A DNA stretch of 64,000 nt, taken from the NCBI GenBank assembly GCA_902475525.1, contig CABRZS010000006.1, positions 44,260 to 108,259 of the forward strand. Direction: 5' to 3'. The notes below the pieces were generated by a model. It made no database searches, was not told the DNA's origin, and saw only the letters and a program-made list of their open reading frames with translations. Position numbers and translations under genes: made by a program. Positions within the stretch are counted from its first letter, which is position 1, and each line of letters opens with the position of its first letter. This document shows positions 1 to 10,888 of the stretch, in pieces. The stretch is from an uncultured Collinsella sp. (GTDB lineage: Bacteria; Actinomycetota; Coriobacteriia; Coriobacteriales; Coriobacteriaceae).

Positions 1-1547
1 TGCTGGTCGACGCTTTTGAGGGTCCCATGCCCCAGACCCGCTTCGTGCTGCGTCACGCTATCGACACCGGCCTTAAGATCATGATCGTCATCAACAAGAT
101 CGACCGTCCGGGTGCCAACCCCGAGAAGGCCTACAACGACTGCCTGGACCTTATGGCCGACCTGGGCGCTACCGACGACCAGCTTGAGTTTGCCATGGAG
201 CATGTCATCTACGCCAGCGGCGTCAACGGCTTTGCCCGTCATGATCCCGAGGACGGCAACATGGACATGTACCCGCTGCTCGACATGATCATCGACGACA
301 TGCCCGCACCCGAGGTTGACGAGACCGCTCCGCTGGCCATGCAGTGCGTGACCATCGATCACTCCAACTTCGTCGGCCGTATCGGCATCGGCCGCGTGTA
401 CTCCGGCACCATCCACCAGGGCGACCAGATCTTGGTCGTCAAGAACGACGGCTCCAGCGCCACCGCTACCGTCAAGCAACTCTTTACCTTCGACTACCTG
501 GGCCGTACCGAGTGCCAGGAAGTCGGCGCCGGCGACATTGCCGCCGTTGTGGGCATCGACCGCACCGATATCGGCGATGTCTACACCGACCCCGAGAATC
601 CCGTCGAGCTCGAGCCCATCGAGATCGACCCGCCGACCCTGTCCATCGTCTTTGAGGCTTCGACCTCCCCGCTCGTCGGCCGCGACGGCGATATCGTTGG
701 CGCCCGTCAGCTCAAGGAGCGCCTGTTCAACGAGGCCGAGAACAACGTGACCATGAAGATCGAGGAGCTCGAGGACAAGAGCGGCGTCGAGGTCTCGGGC
801 CGCGGCATTCTGCACCTGTCCGTTCTGATGGAGTCCATGCGCCGCGAGGGCTTTGAGTTCCAGGTCGGTCGTCCGCGCGTTCTGTTTAAGAAGGACGAGA
901 ACGGCAACAAGATGGAGCCTGTCGAGCAGGCCGTCGTCGAGTGCCCGGACGAGTACTCGGGCAAGGTCGTTGAGGTCTTCGGCACCTCCGGTGGCATCAT
1001 GACGAGCATGGATACCTCGGGCATCGTGACGCACCTTGAGTTTAAGATCCCGACGCGTGGCATCATGGGCCTTAAGAACCGCATCATGAACGTCACCCAC
1101 GGCGAGGGCGTGTTCTACCACACCTTCTTGGAGTATGGCCCCTACGCCGGCGAGATCGGCAACCGTCAGAACGGCGCCATGATCTCCATGACCACCGAGA
1201 AGGCCGTTGCCTACGCCCTGGGTACGCTGCAGGAGCGCGGCCAGCTGTTTGTTGAGCCGGGCACCGAGTGCTACGAGGGCATGATCGTGGGCGAGCGCAG
1301 CAAGGCCGGCGACATGGTCGTCAACATCGCCCGTACCAAGAACCTGGGCAACCAGCGTTCCTCGACCTCCGATATTTCCGTGCAGCTGGTGCCGCCCCGC
1401 ACCTTCTCGCTGGAGGAGGCGCTGGAGTACATCGCCGATGACGAGCTGGTGGAGATCACTCCCAAGAATATTCGCCTGCGCAAGCGTCTGCTCAATGCCA
1501 CCGACCGCAAGAAGGCCGCCGTCCGTGCCGGTCAGGTCAACAAATAA
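1..1547 (+). CDS. typA: Translational GTPase TypA/BipA (5' end outside window)
   Basis: Frame open from window start (LVDAFEGPMPQTRFVL); NKID G4 motif, VSGRGILHLSVLMESMRREGFE, C-terminal LEEALEYIADDELVEITPKNIRLRK. Confidence 0.96.
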   Translation, partial: LVDAFEGPMPQTRFVLRHAIDTGLKIMIVINKIDRPGANPEKAYNDCLDLMADLGATDDQLEFAMEHVIYASGVNGFARHDPEDGNMDMYPLLDMIIDDMPAPEVDETAPLAMQCVTIDHSNFVGRIGIGRVYSGTIHQGDQILVVKNDGSSATATVKQLFTFDYLGRTECQEVGAGDIAAVVGIDRTDIGDVYTDPENPVELEPIEIDPPTLSIVFEASTSPLVGRDGDIVGARQLKERLFNEAENNVTMKIEELEDKSGVEVSGRGILHLSVLMESMRREGFEFQVGRPRVLFKKDENGNKMEPVEQAVVECPDEYSGKVVEVFGTSGGIMTSMDTSGIVTHLEFKIPTRGIMGLKNRIMNVTHGEGVFYHTFLEYGPYAGEIGNRQNGAMISMTTEKAVAYALGTLQERGQLFVEPGTECYEGMIVGERSKAGDMVVNIARTKNLGNQRSSTSDISVQLVPPRTFSLEEALEYIADDELVEITPKNIRLRKRLLNATDRKKAAVRAGQVNK

Positions 1548-1574
1548 GCGCTGGGGCTTATAACTGCCAATAAG

Positions 1575-1609
1575 AAAGGGCGTCGACCGCAATGGTCGGC
1601 GCCCTTTTT
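1575..1609 (+). terminator. Intrinsic terminator after typA
   Basis: AAAGGGCGTCGACC/GGTCGGCGCCCTTT stem followed by T-run. Confidence 0.8.
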
Positions 1610-1669
1610 GGTGCAATGGGATCAGGTTGCTTTGCGCCACCACAAAGGTGCCTGGCCCTTTTGTGGTGG
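1609..1669. repeat. Two adjacent stem + 19-nt loop REP-like elements (GGGAC-loop family variants)
   Basis: TGGTGC..GCGCCA and CCACCAC..GTGGTGG stems; relatives at 32855 and 38853/39186. Confidence 0.7.
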
Positions 1670-1676
1670 TTGGCGG

Positions 1677-2822
1677 CTAGGCGGTGGGGAGTCCTGGCGT
1701 GTTAGCCGGCTGCTGCGGCTTGAGGTGGGCGTTGCGCCAGATGATCTGGATGGCGTAGCCGAGCGTGAAGACGAAGGCTACACCGCTGACAAAGTTGCCC
1801 ATAAGAGGAAGTGCCGTGAGTGCGCCCGCGACGATACCGCCCACGGCGGCCATGGCGTAGCGGTTTTGGTTGTGTCCGACCATGCGCGCGACCGCGGTGC
1901 CCGTAAATGCCGCCGAGACCAAAGCGATGCCGATGACGCCGCACATGAGGGCGGCGGCGAGCGACAGGCCTGCAATCGAGATGATGAGCAGCAGCACGGC
2001 GGGAGCGACGGCGACCGTGCCCAGAAGACCACTTACCCACAGCGGCATGGGACGCTGATGGAGCATGCCGGCAGCGCTGGCGGTTGCGCGTGGAAAGACA
2101 AGCTCAAGCAGGATGGCGACAAAGCAGGTGGAAAGCGCCGCGGCAACGATGCCGCCGATAATGTCGTTGGCCGTAGAGGTGTTCTCGTTCTCGGTCCGGT
2201 CGATCTTGAGAGCTCCGACCTGGGCGCCCTCGGCCCGCTCGGGGTCCTGTGAGACGTGGGCGTTCACCGTGCCGGTGATGCGGGCGTTTTTACCCAGGAT
2301 GAGCTTGTCGGCCCAGACCTCAACATCGCCATCGACGGTGCCGTCGATGGTTACGGTGCCGCCGGCAAGCGCCGCCGATTTGGCGGAGCCGCGCAGGGCG
2401 ACCGTTTCGCCTGCCGCGTAAAAACAGTTGGCGGTGCTGCCGGTGTTGAGCACGACGTGCTGGCCGGCCACCGTGACGCTGCCATCGATTGCGGTTTTGG
2501 CGATATCGATGGTGCGTGCCGCCAGACGAACGGCGCCGCCTACGGTGCAATCGCGAATCGACAGGCTCTCACCCGCCGCGATAATATCGCGGCCGATGGA
2601 GGCGTCGTCTAGGTTGAGGCTTTGGCCGGCCCAGTACAGGTCTCCCTCGACGCCAGACGGAGTTGAGTCAACTTCGGTTGCGAGCACGTTGCCCGCGGTG
2701 TCAGTGCCGGCGAACGACACCGTGGGAAGTGCGGTGAGCGCGAGCGCAATCAGCGCGAATAGGATGGTGATGCGGGCCTGCGCTTTGTGGCGCCGGATCG
2801 ACGGTACTTGGTTGCAAGGCAT
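1677..2822 (-). CDS. Membrane protein with bactofilin/polymer-forming-like beta-helical repeats and C-terminal multi-TM domain
   Basis: Signal-peptide-like N-terminus, repeated V/I-x-G-x-V-x-G-D units, hydrophobic C-terminal third; GAAGGA SD before ATG 2822. Confidence 0.7.
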   Translation of the reverse strand: MPCNQVPSIRRHKAQARITILFALIALALTALPTVSFAGTDTAGNVLATEVDSTPSGVEGDLYWAGQSLNLDDASIGRDIIAAGESLSIRDCTVGGAVRLAARTIDIAKTAIDGSVTVAGQHVVLNTGSTANCFYAAGETVALRGSAKSAALAGGTVTIDGTVDGDVEVWADKLILGKNARITGTVNAHVSQDPERAEGAQVGALKIDRTENENTSTANDIIGGIVAAALSTCFVAILLELVFPRATASAAGMLHQRPMPLWVSGLLGTVAVAPAVLLLIISIAGLSLAAALMCGVIGIALVSAAFTGTAVARMVGHNQNRYAMAAVGGIVAGALTALPLMGNFVSGVAFVFTLGYAIQIIWRNAHLKPQQPANTPGLPTA

Positions 2823-2928
2823 AGTGAATCCTTCGTTAGATGCTCGATATGCATCTAACAGGGTACCCAACGCGTGGGCACTCTAAAAGAACCTCTCGGT
2901 TGCATTTCGAAGGATGAGGCCGCGCAAT

Positions 2929-3600
2929 CTACTTTTTGCGGTGCAAGAAGCGTGCGATGTCTTCCTCGGTGGGGCTTTTGATGTCAAAGCGTAGCGACAG
3001 CCAGCGCAGGCCCATGGTCACTACGACGCAAACGACCAGCGCGACGACATTGCTGACCAAGCCGCTCATGACGAGGCAGACATAGCTTGCCGATCCGGCG
3101 ATAGCCGCGATGGCATAGAAGTTGGTGCGCTGGAAAATACCCGGAACCACGCCCATAAAGCCGTCGCGCAACATGCCGCCGCCCACGGCGGTGAAAAAGC
3201 CCATCATGATGCACACCGCCGGCGCAAAGCCGTAGACCAGCGCCTTGTCCGCGCCGGTTGCTGCATAGATGCCGACCGAGATGATGTCGAGCAGGGGAAT
3301 GAGTTTTTCGGGCTTATCGACGATTGCCGGGAAGATATAGATGATGGCGGCTGTGGCGATGGAGAGCGGTAGTGCCATGGGCTGGTTGAGGATGTAGACG
3401 TTGCCGACCTGGAGCGTCATATCGCGCAAAAGACCGCCGCCCAGACCGCAGACCACCGCGAGCGCGACCGCGCCCACCAGGTCGAGCTTGTGCTCGCGAG
3501 CGACCAGCACGCCCGAGATCGATGCCGCGACAACGGCGAACATCTCGAGCCAAAATGGGATAGCGACCATGGCATCCGAGGCGTGTGAAGTAACAGTCAT
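2929..3600 (-). CDS. Trimeric intracellular cation channel / UPF0126 (YadS-like) membrane protein
   Basis: Duplicated GLGGGLLRD / AVGGGMLRD motifs; start uncertain. Confidence 0.85.
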   Translation of the reverse strand: MTVTSHASDAMVAIPFWLEMFAVVAASISGVLVAREHKLDLVGAVALAVVCGLGGGLLRDMTLQVGNVYILNQPMALPLSIATAAIIYIFPAIVDKPEKLIPLLDIISVGIYAATGADKALVYGFAPAVCIMMGFFTAVGGGMLRDGFMGVVPGIFQRTNFYAIAAIAGSASYVCLVMSGLVSNVVALVVCVVVTMGLRWLSLRFDIKSPTEEDIARFLHRKK

Positions 3601-3732
3601 AGCGGCGACGACGGGCAAGATGAGGTCCTTTGATTCTCGGGTTTGAACAATGCCCGTACATAGTACATGGTTGGCGGCGATTGAGACCCTATTGCTCGGC
3701 AAACGGTAGGGACTGGGAACGGTCATGGGTAC

Positions 3733-3799
3733 CAAACATGTACATCAGCCTCCAAAGATGCCGAAAAATGTCGTTTTTGGAGGGTGATGTACATGTTTG
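3733..3799. repeat. 67-bp palindrome (26-bp arms, 24/26 match)
   Basis: CAAACATGTACATCAGCCTCCAAAGA ... TTTTTGGAGGGTGATGTACATGTTTG. Confidence 0.8.
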
Positions 3800-3832
3800 A
3801 GATTCAAGGTGAAATCGAAAGCAATGGGGGCG

Positions 3833-3981
3833 TGGCTGAAGAGGAGGGATGTCCAAATTTTGAGCGGAGCTCAAAATTTATTCGGTCGGCTTGCGCCGAC
3901 CGCGCTGCGCTAAAAACGCGCCACTGGCGCGTTTTCTTTACGCTCCGCGTCCTGACGGGTTCGAATCCCTCCTCCTCCGCC
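3833..3981. repeat. Structured element whose ends are copies of the adjacent tRNA-Ser 3' end
   Basis: 3957-3981 is an exact 25-nt inverted copy of the tRNA-Ser(CGA) 3' end; 3833-3850 is a degenerate complementary copy; three internal hairpins. Confidence 0.75.
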
Positions 3982-4007
3982 GCATTTGCTTGTAAGGGAC
4001 TCTAAAC

Positions 4008-4035
4008 AAAAAAGCCCCCGTTTTCGGGAGCTTTC
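4008..4035 (-). terminator. Terminator downstream of tRNA-Ser(CGA)
   Basis: AGCTCCCG-AAAA-CGGGGGCT hairpin then T-run on minus strand. Confidence 0.7.
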
Positions 4036-4045
4036 TCAACCAAAA

Positions 4046-4136
4046 TGGCGGAGGAGGAGGGATTCGAACCCTCGTGACCTTATACAGGCCAAACGGTTTT
4101 CGAGACCGCCGCATTCAACCACTCTGCCACCCCTCC
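4046..4136 (-). tRNA. tRNA-Ser (CGA)
   Basis: GGAGGGG..GGTTCGAATCCC..CCA, anticodon loop CT-CGA-AA, long variable arm. Confidence 0.95.
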
Positions 4137-4184
4137 GCGTGGGGTAAAAACAAAGCAGGCTCGAAGGCCTGCTTTGGAATTAAC

Positions 4185-4275
4185 TGGCGGAGAGTCAGGG
4201 ATTTGAACCCTGGAGACGCTTTTGACGCCTACACGATTTCCAATCGTGCTCCTTCGGCCACTCGGACAACTCTCC
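4185..4275 (-). tRNA. tRNA-Ser (GGA)
   Basis: GGAGAGT..GGTTCAAATCCC..CCA, anticodon loop TT-GGA-AA, long variable arm. Confidence 0.95.
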
Positions 4276-4669
4276 GTTAAATGCGAAAGTCAGTATACAC
4301 GAGGAATCGCAAAGTGCAAACAGAAAAGTTGGCATTTTTTGAATCGCTTGGCTTCGTGACGGGATCGAGAAGGTCAAAAACGGGCTCTGACCAGCATGGC
4401 TGCATACAACAAATTGTTCAAAATAGGTATTTATAGACGACGTGGCAGCAATTTTAAAAATATTTGAACGGTGTTGTGAGCCACTGGTATGCATTTTGCG
4501 ACCACAGCCTTTTGCCCGTTGACCTGCGGCTTGGCTCAGCTTGTCCCCGCGGCACCGTATCTTGTCCACAGATCCGTCAAGCTTTTGGTCGGCATTTGGT
4601 TGGAATGCGCATGAAACGTCGTGCGAGTATGGGCATATGTGGAGGTCATGAGGTTGTAGCTGCATATTC

Positions 4670-4698
4670 TTGCGGCCTGGGAGGTTGAAAGATATTAT
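4670..4698 (+). promoter_or_regulatory. Putative sigma70-type promoter of the rpsF operon
   Basis: TTGCGG-17 nt-TATTAT. Confidence 0.55.
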
Positions 4699-4707
4699 TA
4701 CCAAGTC

Positions 4708-4765
4708 TTTTCCTGCTTCAGGCGCACCTTCACGACCTGGAGCCACATTTGCCCAGAGGAGGTGA
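4708..4765 (+). promoter_or_regulatory. Probable S6:S18 (rpsF) ribosomal leader RNA
   Basis: TCCT can pair with the AGGAGG SD around an internal TTCAGG..CCTGGAG hairpin, directly 5' of rpsF-ssb-rpsR. Confidence 0.55.
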
Positions 4766-4769
4766 CAAT

Positions 4770-5063
4770 ATGAAGGCTTATGAACTGCTGTTCTTTGTTG
4801 ACCCGTCGCTCGACCCCGAGACTCGTCTCGCTGTTATGAAGCGTATCGATACCACGATCGCTGAGGGCGCTGGCAAGGTCGACTCCGTTGACGAGTGGGG
4901 CAAGCGCAAGCTCGCCTACGAGATCAACGACCTCACCGATGGTGACTACACCCTCATCAACTTCCACGCAGATCCTACCCAGATCGCCGAGCTTGATCGC
5001 GTCCTGCGCATCACCGACGCTGTGGTCCGCCACATGATCGTCCGTCGCGACGACCAGGAGTAA
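4770..5063 (+). CDS. rpsF: 30S ribosomal protein S6
   Basis: MKAYELLFFVDP, WGKRKLAYEI; GGAGGTG SD. Confidence 0.97.
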   Translation: MKAYELLFFVDPSLDPETRLAVMKRIDTTIAEGAGKVDSVDEWGKRKLAYEINDLTDGDYTLINFHADPTQIAELDRVLRITDAVVRHMIVRRDDQE

Positions 5064-5111
5064 GACTGTCGTTTTGGACTGGGCTTGTGCCCCAAGAGGA
5101 AGTAGTGAGTT

Positions 5112-5564
5112 ATGAGCATCAATCGAGTGAACATCACCGGTAACCTCACCCGCGATCCCGAGCTGCGCGCCACCGCCGGCGGAACCCAGGTTCTGTCCTT
5201 TGGCGTCGCCGTGAACGATCGTCGCCGTAACGCGCAGACTGGCGAGTGGGAGGACTATCCCAACTTTGTCGACTGCACCATGTTCGGCACCCGCGCCGAG
5301 GCCGTGAGCCGTTTCCTGGCAAAGGGAAACAAGGTCGCGATCGAGGGCAAGCTGCGCTACAGCTCTTGGGAGCGCGACGGCCAGCGCCGGAGCAAGCTTG
5401 AGGTCATCGTCGATGAGATCGAGTTTATGAGCTCCCGTGGTGGCCAGGGTGGCTACGATCAGGGCGGTTACGCCCCCGCAGCTCCCGCGCCCGCAGCACG
5501 TCCTGCCGCACCGGTGGCTACGCCGCCCGCGGTCGACGTCTACGATGAGGACATCCCGTTCTAA
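5112..5564 (+). CDS. ssb: Single-stranded DNA-binding protein
   Basis: GNLTRDPELR, C-terminal DEDIPF. Confidence 0.97.
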   Translation: MSINRVNITGNLTRDPELRATAGGTQVLSFGVAVNDRRRNAQTGEWEDYPNFVDCTMFGTRAEAVSRFLAKGNKVAIEGKLRYSSWERDGQRRSKLEVIVDEIEFMSSRGGQGGYDQGGYAPAAPAPAARPAAPVATPPAVDVYDEDIPF

Positions 5565-5636
5565 GGGTTGTTCACCTATTTTTGAGTGAGAGGCGGCTTC
5601 GGTTCGCCGAAGTTGCCAAATGAAAGGTATTTTGAC

Positions 5637-5903
5637 ATGGCTAATGATTTTTCTGCACGTCAGCCGCGTCGTAAGTACTGCCAGTTCTGCAAGGAGAACA
5701 CTGAGTTCATCGACTATAAGGACACTCAGCTTCTCCGTAAGTACATGACCGACCGTGGCAAGATCAAGCCCCGTCGCGTCACTGGCGCTTGCACGCAGCA
5801 TCAGCATGACATCGCCAATGCCATCAAGCGCGCCCGCGAGATGGCACTCCTGCCGTACACCGTCCCCGTGGTTTCCTCTCGTGGCAACCGCGACCGCGGC
5901 TAA
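5637..5903 (+). CDS. rpsR: 30S ribosomal protein S18 (Zn-binding C+ type)
   Basis: [36 protein letters not shown]. Confidence 0.97.
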   Translation: MANDFSARQPRRKYCQFCKENTEFIDYKDTQLLRKYMTDRGKIKPRRVTGACTQHQHDIANAIKRAREMALLPYTVPVVSSRGNRDRG

Positions 5904-5918
5904 GAAGGGAGACGCATC

Positions 5919-6458
5919 ATGAAGGTTATTCTTCTCGATGAGATCAAGGGCAAGGGCGGCGAGGGTGACGTCGTAGAGGTCGCTCAGGGTTACGCTGAGA
6001 ACTTCCTGTTCCCCAAGAAGCTCGCTGTTGCCGCCACCAAGGGCAACCTCAAGCAGCTTGACGAGCGTCGCAACAACATCGCTAAGCGCGAGGCCGTTCG
6101 TCTGGCTACCGCCAACGAGACCAAGGCTGCCTTTGAGGGCAAGACGGTCACCGTTGACGTCAAGGTCGGCGACGAGGGCATCCTCTTTGGCTCCGTTACC
6201 GCCGCTATGATCGCTGACGCCATCAAGGCTCAGCTCGGTATGGACATCGACCGCAAGCGCGTCGAGCTCGGTAAGCCCATCAAGGTTGCCGGTGCCCACA
6301 CCGTTGCCATCTCGCTGTACCGCGAGATCAAGGCCGAGGTTGTCGTTCTCGTTGGCGTTACCGCCGAGGAGCTCGCTGCCGAGGCTGAGGTCGAGGAGGC
6401 CGCTGAGGTCGCCGAGGCCGAGACCGCCGAGGTCGAGACTGAGGCTGCTGCCGAGTAG
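5919..6458 (+). CDS. rplI: 50S ribosomal protein L9 (acidic C-terminal tail)
   Basis: MKVILL..GDVVEVAQGYAENFLFP, LFGSVT. Confidence 0.97.
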   Translation: MKVILLDEIKGKGGEGDVVEVAQGYAENFLFPKKLAVAATKGNLKQLDERRNNIAKREAVRLATANETKAAFEGKTVTVDVKVGDEGILFGSVTAAMIADAIKAQLGMDIDRKRVELGKPIKVAGAHTVAISLYREIKAEVVVLVGVTAEELAAEAEVEEAAEVAEAETAEVETEAAAE

Positions 6459-6490
6459 CATTTGCTGCAACGCAACAATCTTGTTCTAAG

Positions 6491-6530
6491 AAGGGCGCTC
6501 TGGGAAACCAGGGCGCCCTTTTGTTTTTTG
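6491..6530 (+). terminator. Intrinsic terminator after rplI
   Basis: AAGGGCGCTCTGG/CCAGGGCGCCCTT stem + T-runs. Confidence 0.8.
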
Positions 6531-6682
6531 CGCTGAGTGAGTGTCATGGTGAACGTTGCGTCGAAGTCCTATATACAGGACCGTTCATCCGTTTGGTTCG
6601 GTGATGATTGGCGGCGCGCGGCGCGTTTTGGGACCGTGGCTGATACTATGGATGCTCGCAAGCGATATGAATGAGGATGCTC

Positions 6683-8074
6683 ATGGCATATGACGATAGG
6701 GAGACCGGGCTGACGGTTGAGGACCGCGGCTCCAAGTTGGGTCTTCCCCAAAACCAAGATGCAGAGGCCAATGTACTGGCCGCTATGCTGCTATCGCCCG
6801 AGGTGGTCGAAGAGGCCCAGGTCGAGCTGCAGCCCGATGACTTCTACCGGCCCATTCATAAGACCATCTATACCGCGATGGTCGATATGTACAACAGCCG
6901 CATTCCCATCGACTCCATCTCGCTGATCGATTACCTGCGAAGCATCAACAAGCTTGATGCCGTGGGCGGCGAGGCCTACATTTTGGAGTTGATGGGTCAG
7001 ACCCTGTCGCTCGTCAACTGGCAGCACCATGCCGCTATCGTTCGCCGCGATTCGATGCTGCGCGAGCTGATCGGCGCCACCAACGAGATCAACGCGCTGG
7101 CCTATAACGCTCCCACCGATACCAAAGAGGTCGTGGAGCTGGCCGAGAGCAAGTTGCTCAAGGTCACGGCGCGCGAGGTCAAGTCGAGCTACAAGACGCT
7201 GACCGAGTTTATGGTCGAGGCCTATAACGAGGCCGAGGAAGTGTGCCAGGCAGGCGGCCAGGCTGCGGGCGTGCCCACGGGCTTCCCGTCGCTCGACCGC
7301 ATGCTCATGGGTTTTCGCGAGGGCCAGCTCATCATCATCGGCGCCCGCCCTGCTGTGGGTAAGACGTCGTTCGCCCTGAATCTGGCGCTCAACGCTGCCG
7401 CGGCCGGTTATACCGTCGGCTTCTTCTCGCTGGAGATGTCGGGCAAGGAAATTGCCCAGCGTCTGATTTGCGCCTACGCCATGATTTCGATCAGTGACTT
7501 CCGCATGGGCCGCATTAGCCCCGAGCAGTGGGCCAATATCAACGAGGCCACGCAGACCTTGTCCAAGCTCGATATTCTGATTGACGATACGCCCGGCACC
7601 ACAGTGACCGAGATTCGCGCCAAGAGCCGCCGCATGCTCCACAACAAGGAGAAGGCCATCATCATCCTGGACTACCTGCAGCTGGTGAGTCCTCCGCCGG
7701 GACGCCGCTCCGAGAGCCGTACCGTCGAGGTCTCCGAGATGTCGCGTGGTCTGAAGATCATGGCCAAGGAACTCAAGATCCCGCTCATCGCGCTGTCGCA
7801 GCTCTCGCGTCAGGTCGAATCCCGTACCGGCAAGCGCCCGCAGCTTTCCGACCTTCGTGAATCGGGCTCCATCGAGCAGGACGCCGATATCGTTATGTTC
7901 TTGGACCGCTCCGCCGACGAGGCCGAAGCCTCGCGCGACGATCGACCCGACGAGGGCGTTACGCGTATCGTCGTGGCCAAGAACCGTTCGGGCCCGATCG
8001 GCGACGTCGACCTGATGTTCCTGCCGGCATCCACCAAGTTCTATGAGCTTGATGGGGCACATGCCGAGGAGTAG
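6683..8074 (+). CDS. dnaB: Replicative DNA helicase
   Basis: GARPAVGKT Walker A, FSLEMS, ILDYLQL, ALSQLSR, DLRESGSIEQDAD. Confidence 0.97.
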   Translation: MAYDDRETGLTVEDRGSKLGLPQNQDAEANVLAAMLLSPEVVEEAQVELQPDDFYRPIHKTIYTAMVDMYNSRIPIDSISLIDYLRSINKLDAVGGEAYILELMGQTLSLVNWQHHAAIVRRDSMLRELIGATNEINALAYNAPTDTKEVVELAESKLLKVTAREVKSSYKTLTEFMVEAYNEAEEVCQAGGQAAGVPTGFPSLDRMLMGFREGQLIIIGARPAVGKTSFALNLALNAAAAGYTVGFFSLEMSGKEIAQRLICAYAMISISDFRMGRISPEQWANINEATQTLSKLDILIDDTPGTTVTEIRAKSRRMLHNKEKAIIILDYLQLVSPPPGRRSESRTVEVSEMSRGLKIMAKELKIPLIALSQLSRQVESRTGKRPQLSDLRESGSIEQDADIVMFLDRSADEAEASRDDRPDEGVTRIVVAKNRSGPIGDVDLMFLPASTKFYELDGAHAEE

Positions 8075-8158
8075 GACAGGCGCCCGTTGCACGGGTATAC
8101 TGGGAATGTTTTGTGCTTCTGCGTGCCGGCGTGGCGCGTAGACAGTCCATGAATGTAA

Positions 8159-9454
<1,296 letters not shown>

Positions 9455-9571
9455 TCGGTTTATACGGTTATTGCGATATACCCCTTTGCAGCCCAGACGG
9501 GCGGCCGAGGGGTATATTTGCTTGCAAAGGGCTCGCGCGGAGCGGGCCATTCATCCATAGAGGAGGCACCC

Positions 9572-10876
9572 TTGAAGGCGGACACTCAAACCATCGACAT
9601 CCTGTTGTTGGGCAGCGGCGGCCGTGAGCATGCTTTGGCAGCTAAGCTCGCGGCATCACCGCGCGCCGGCAAGCTCTACATCGCGCCGGGTAACGGCGGT
9701 ACCGCGAGCTGCGGCGAGAACGTTGTTCTCGACGACTGCGATCCTGCGGCCGTGGCGGCGTTTGCGCAGAGCCACGGATGCGGACTCGTGGTGATTGGCC
9801 CCGAGGCTCCGCTCGTGGCGGGCGTGGCCGACGCCGTGCGCGCGGCGGGTATTCCCTGCTTTGGCCCGGGTGCCGAGGGCGCCCAGATGGAGGGCTCCAA
9901 GCTGTTCTCCAAGCAGCTCATGGAGCGCGCCGGTATCCCGACGGCAGCCTATGGTTCGTTTACCGACGAATCTTCGGCTCTTGCCTATGTGCGTGAGCAG
10001 GGCGCTCCGCTGGTCGTCAAGGCCGACGGCCTTGCCGCGGGCAAGGGCGTCATCGTGGCGACCGAACTTGAGCAGGCCGAGGAGGCCGTGCGCGAGTGCT
10101 TTGGCGGCACCTTTGGCGATGCCGGCAACACCGTGGTCATCGAGGAGATGCTGACCGGCCCCGAGTGCTCGCTTTTGGCCTTTACCGACGGCAAGACCGT
10201 GCGCCCCATGGCCACCTCGCAGGACCACAAGCGCGCGCTCGAGGGCGACAAGGGCCCCAACACCGGCGGCATGGGTGTCTACAGCCCGGTGCCCATCGTG
10301 ACCGACGAGGAGCACGCCACCATGGTGAAGGTCATGGAGCAGACCGTTGCCGAGCTTGCTGCCGAGGGCATCGACTACCGCGGCTGCCTGTACGGCGGCT
10401 TTATGCTCACGCCCGCCGGCCCCAAGGTGCTGGAGTTCAATGCCCGCTTTGGCGACCCCGAGACGCAGGTCGTGCTGCCGCGCCTTAAGAACGACCTGGT
10501 TGAGGTCATGCTGGCCTGCGCCAACTGTGAGCTCGATCAGATTGAGCTCGACTGGCGCGACGAGTGGGCCGTGGCCGTTGTCCTGACGAGTGCGGGCTAT
10601 CCCGGCAGCTACGAGAAGGGCAAGGTCATCGCCGGTATCACCGATGCCGAGGCCATGGAGAACGTGACCGTGTACCACGCGGGCACTGCTGTGGTGAACG
10701 GCCAGCTCTTGACCAATGGTGGTCGCGTGCTTGCCGTGACCGCTCTGGGCGACACGTTCGAGAACGCTCGCAACCTTGCCTACGAGGCCTGCGAGAAGAT
10801 TGATTTTGAGGGTAAGACCCTGCGTCACGACATCGGCCTGCGCGCGCTGCGCGGCCGCGACGCCTGGGGTGCCTAA
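9572..10876 (+). CDS. purD: Phosphoribosylamine-glycine ligase
   Basis: [43 protein letters not shown] start after AGGAGG. Confidence 0.96.
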   Translation: MKADTQTIDILLLGSGGREHALAAKLAASPRAGKLYIAPGNGGTASCGENVVLDDCDPAAVAAFAQSHGCGLVVIGPEAPLVAGVADAVRAAGIPCFGPGAEGAQMEGSKLFSKQLMERAGIPTAAYGSFTDESSALAYVREQGAPLVVKADGLAAGKGVIVATELEQAEEAVRECFGGTFGDAGNTVVIEEMLTGPECSLLAFTDGKTVRPMATSQDHKRALEGDKGPNTGGMGVYSPVPIVTDEEHATMVKVMEQTVAELAAEGIDYRGCLYGGFMLTPAGPKVLEFNARFGDPETQVVLPRLKNDLVEVMLACANCELDQIELDWRDEWAVAVVLTSAGYPGSYEKGKVIAGITDAEAMENVTVYHAGTAVVNGQLLTNGGRVLAVTALGDTFENARNLAYEACEKIDFEGKTLRHDIGLRALRGRDAWGA

Positions 10877-10888
10877 AGTCCGAGAGGA

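Noticed and set aside
3833..3981. Additional tRNA gene on the + strand
   Set aside because: Only the T-arm/acceptor 3' portion is present; no D-arm, anticodon arm or CCA
3833..4275. Prophage or integrative element at the tRNA-Ser genes
   Set aside because: No integrase or cargo; the main tRNA duplication is inverted and local
6360..6455. Tandem GCCGAG-like repeats at the end of rplI
   Set aside because: Simply encodes an Ala/Glu-rich protein tail
4698..6470. Long antisense ORFs (590 aa here; also 11460-13874, 17382-19559, 52661-55471, 45647-47152 and others)
   Set aside because: Shadow frames opposite well-supported genes, expected from high GC3; no recognisable motifs
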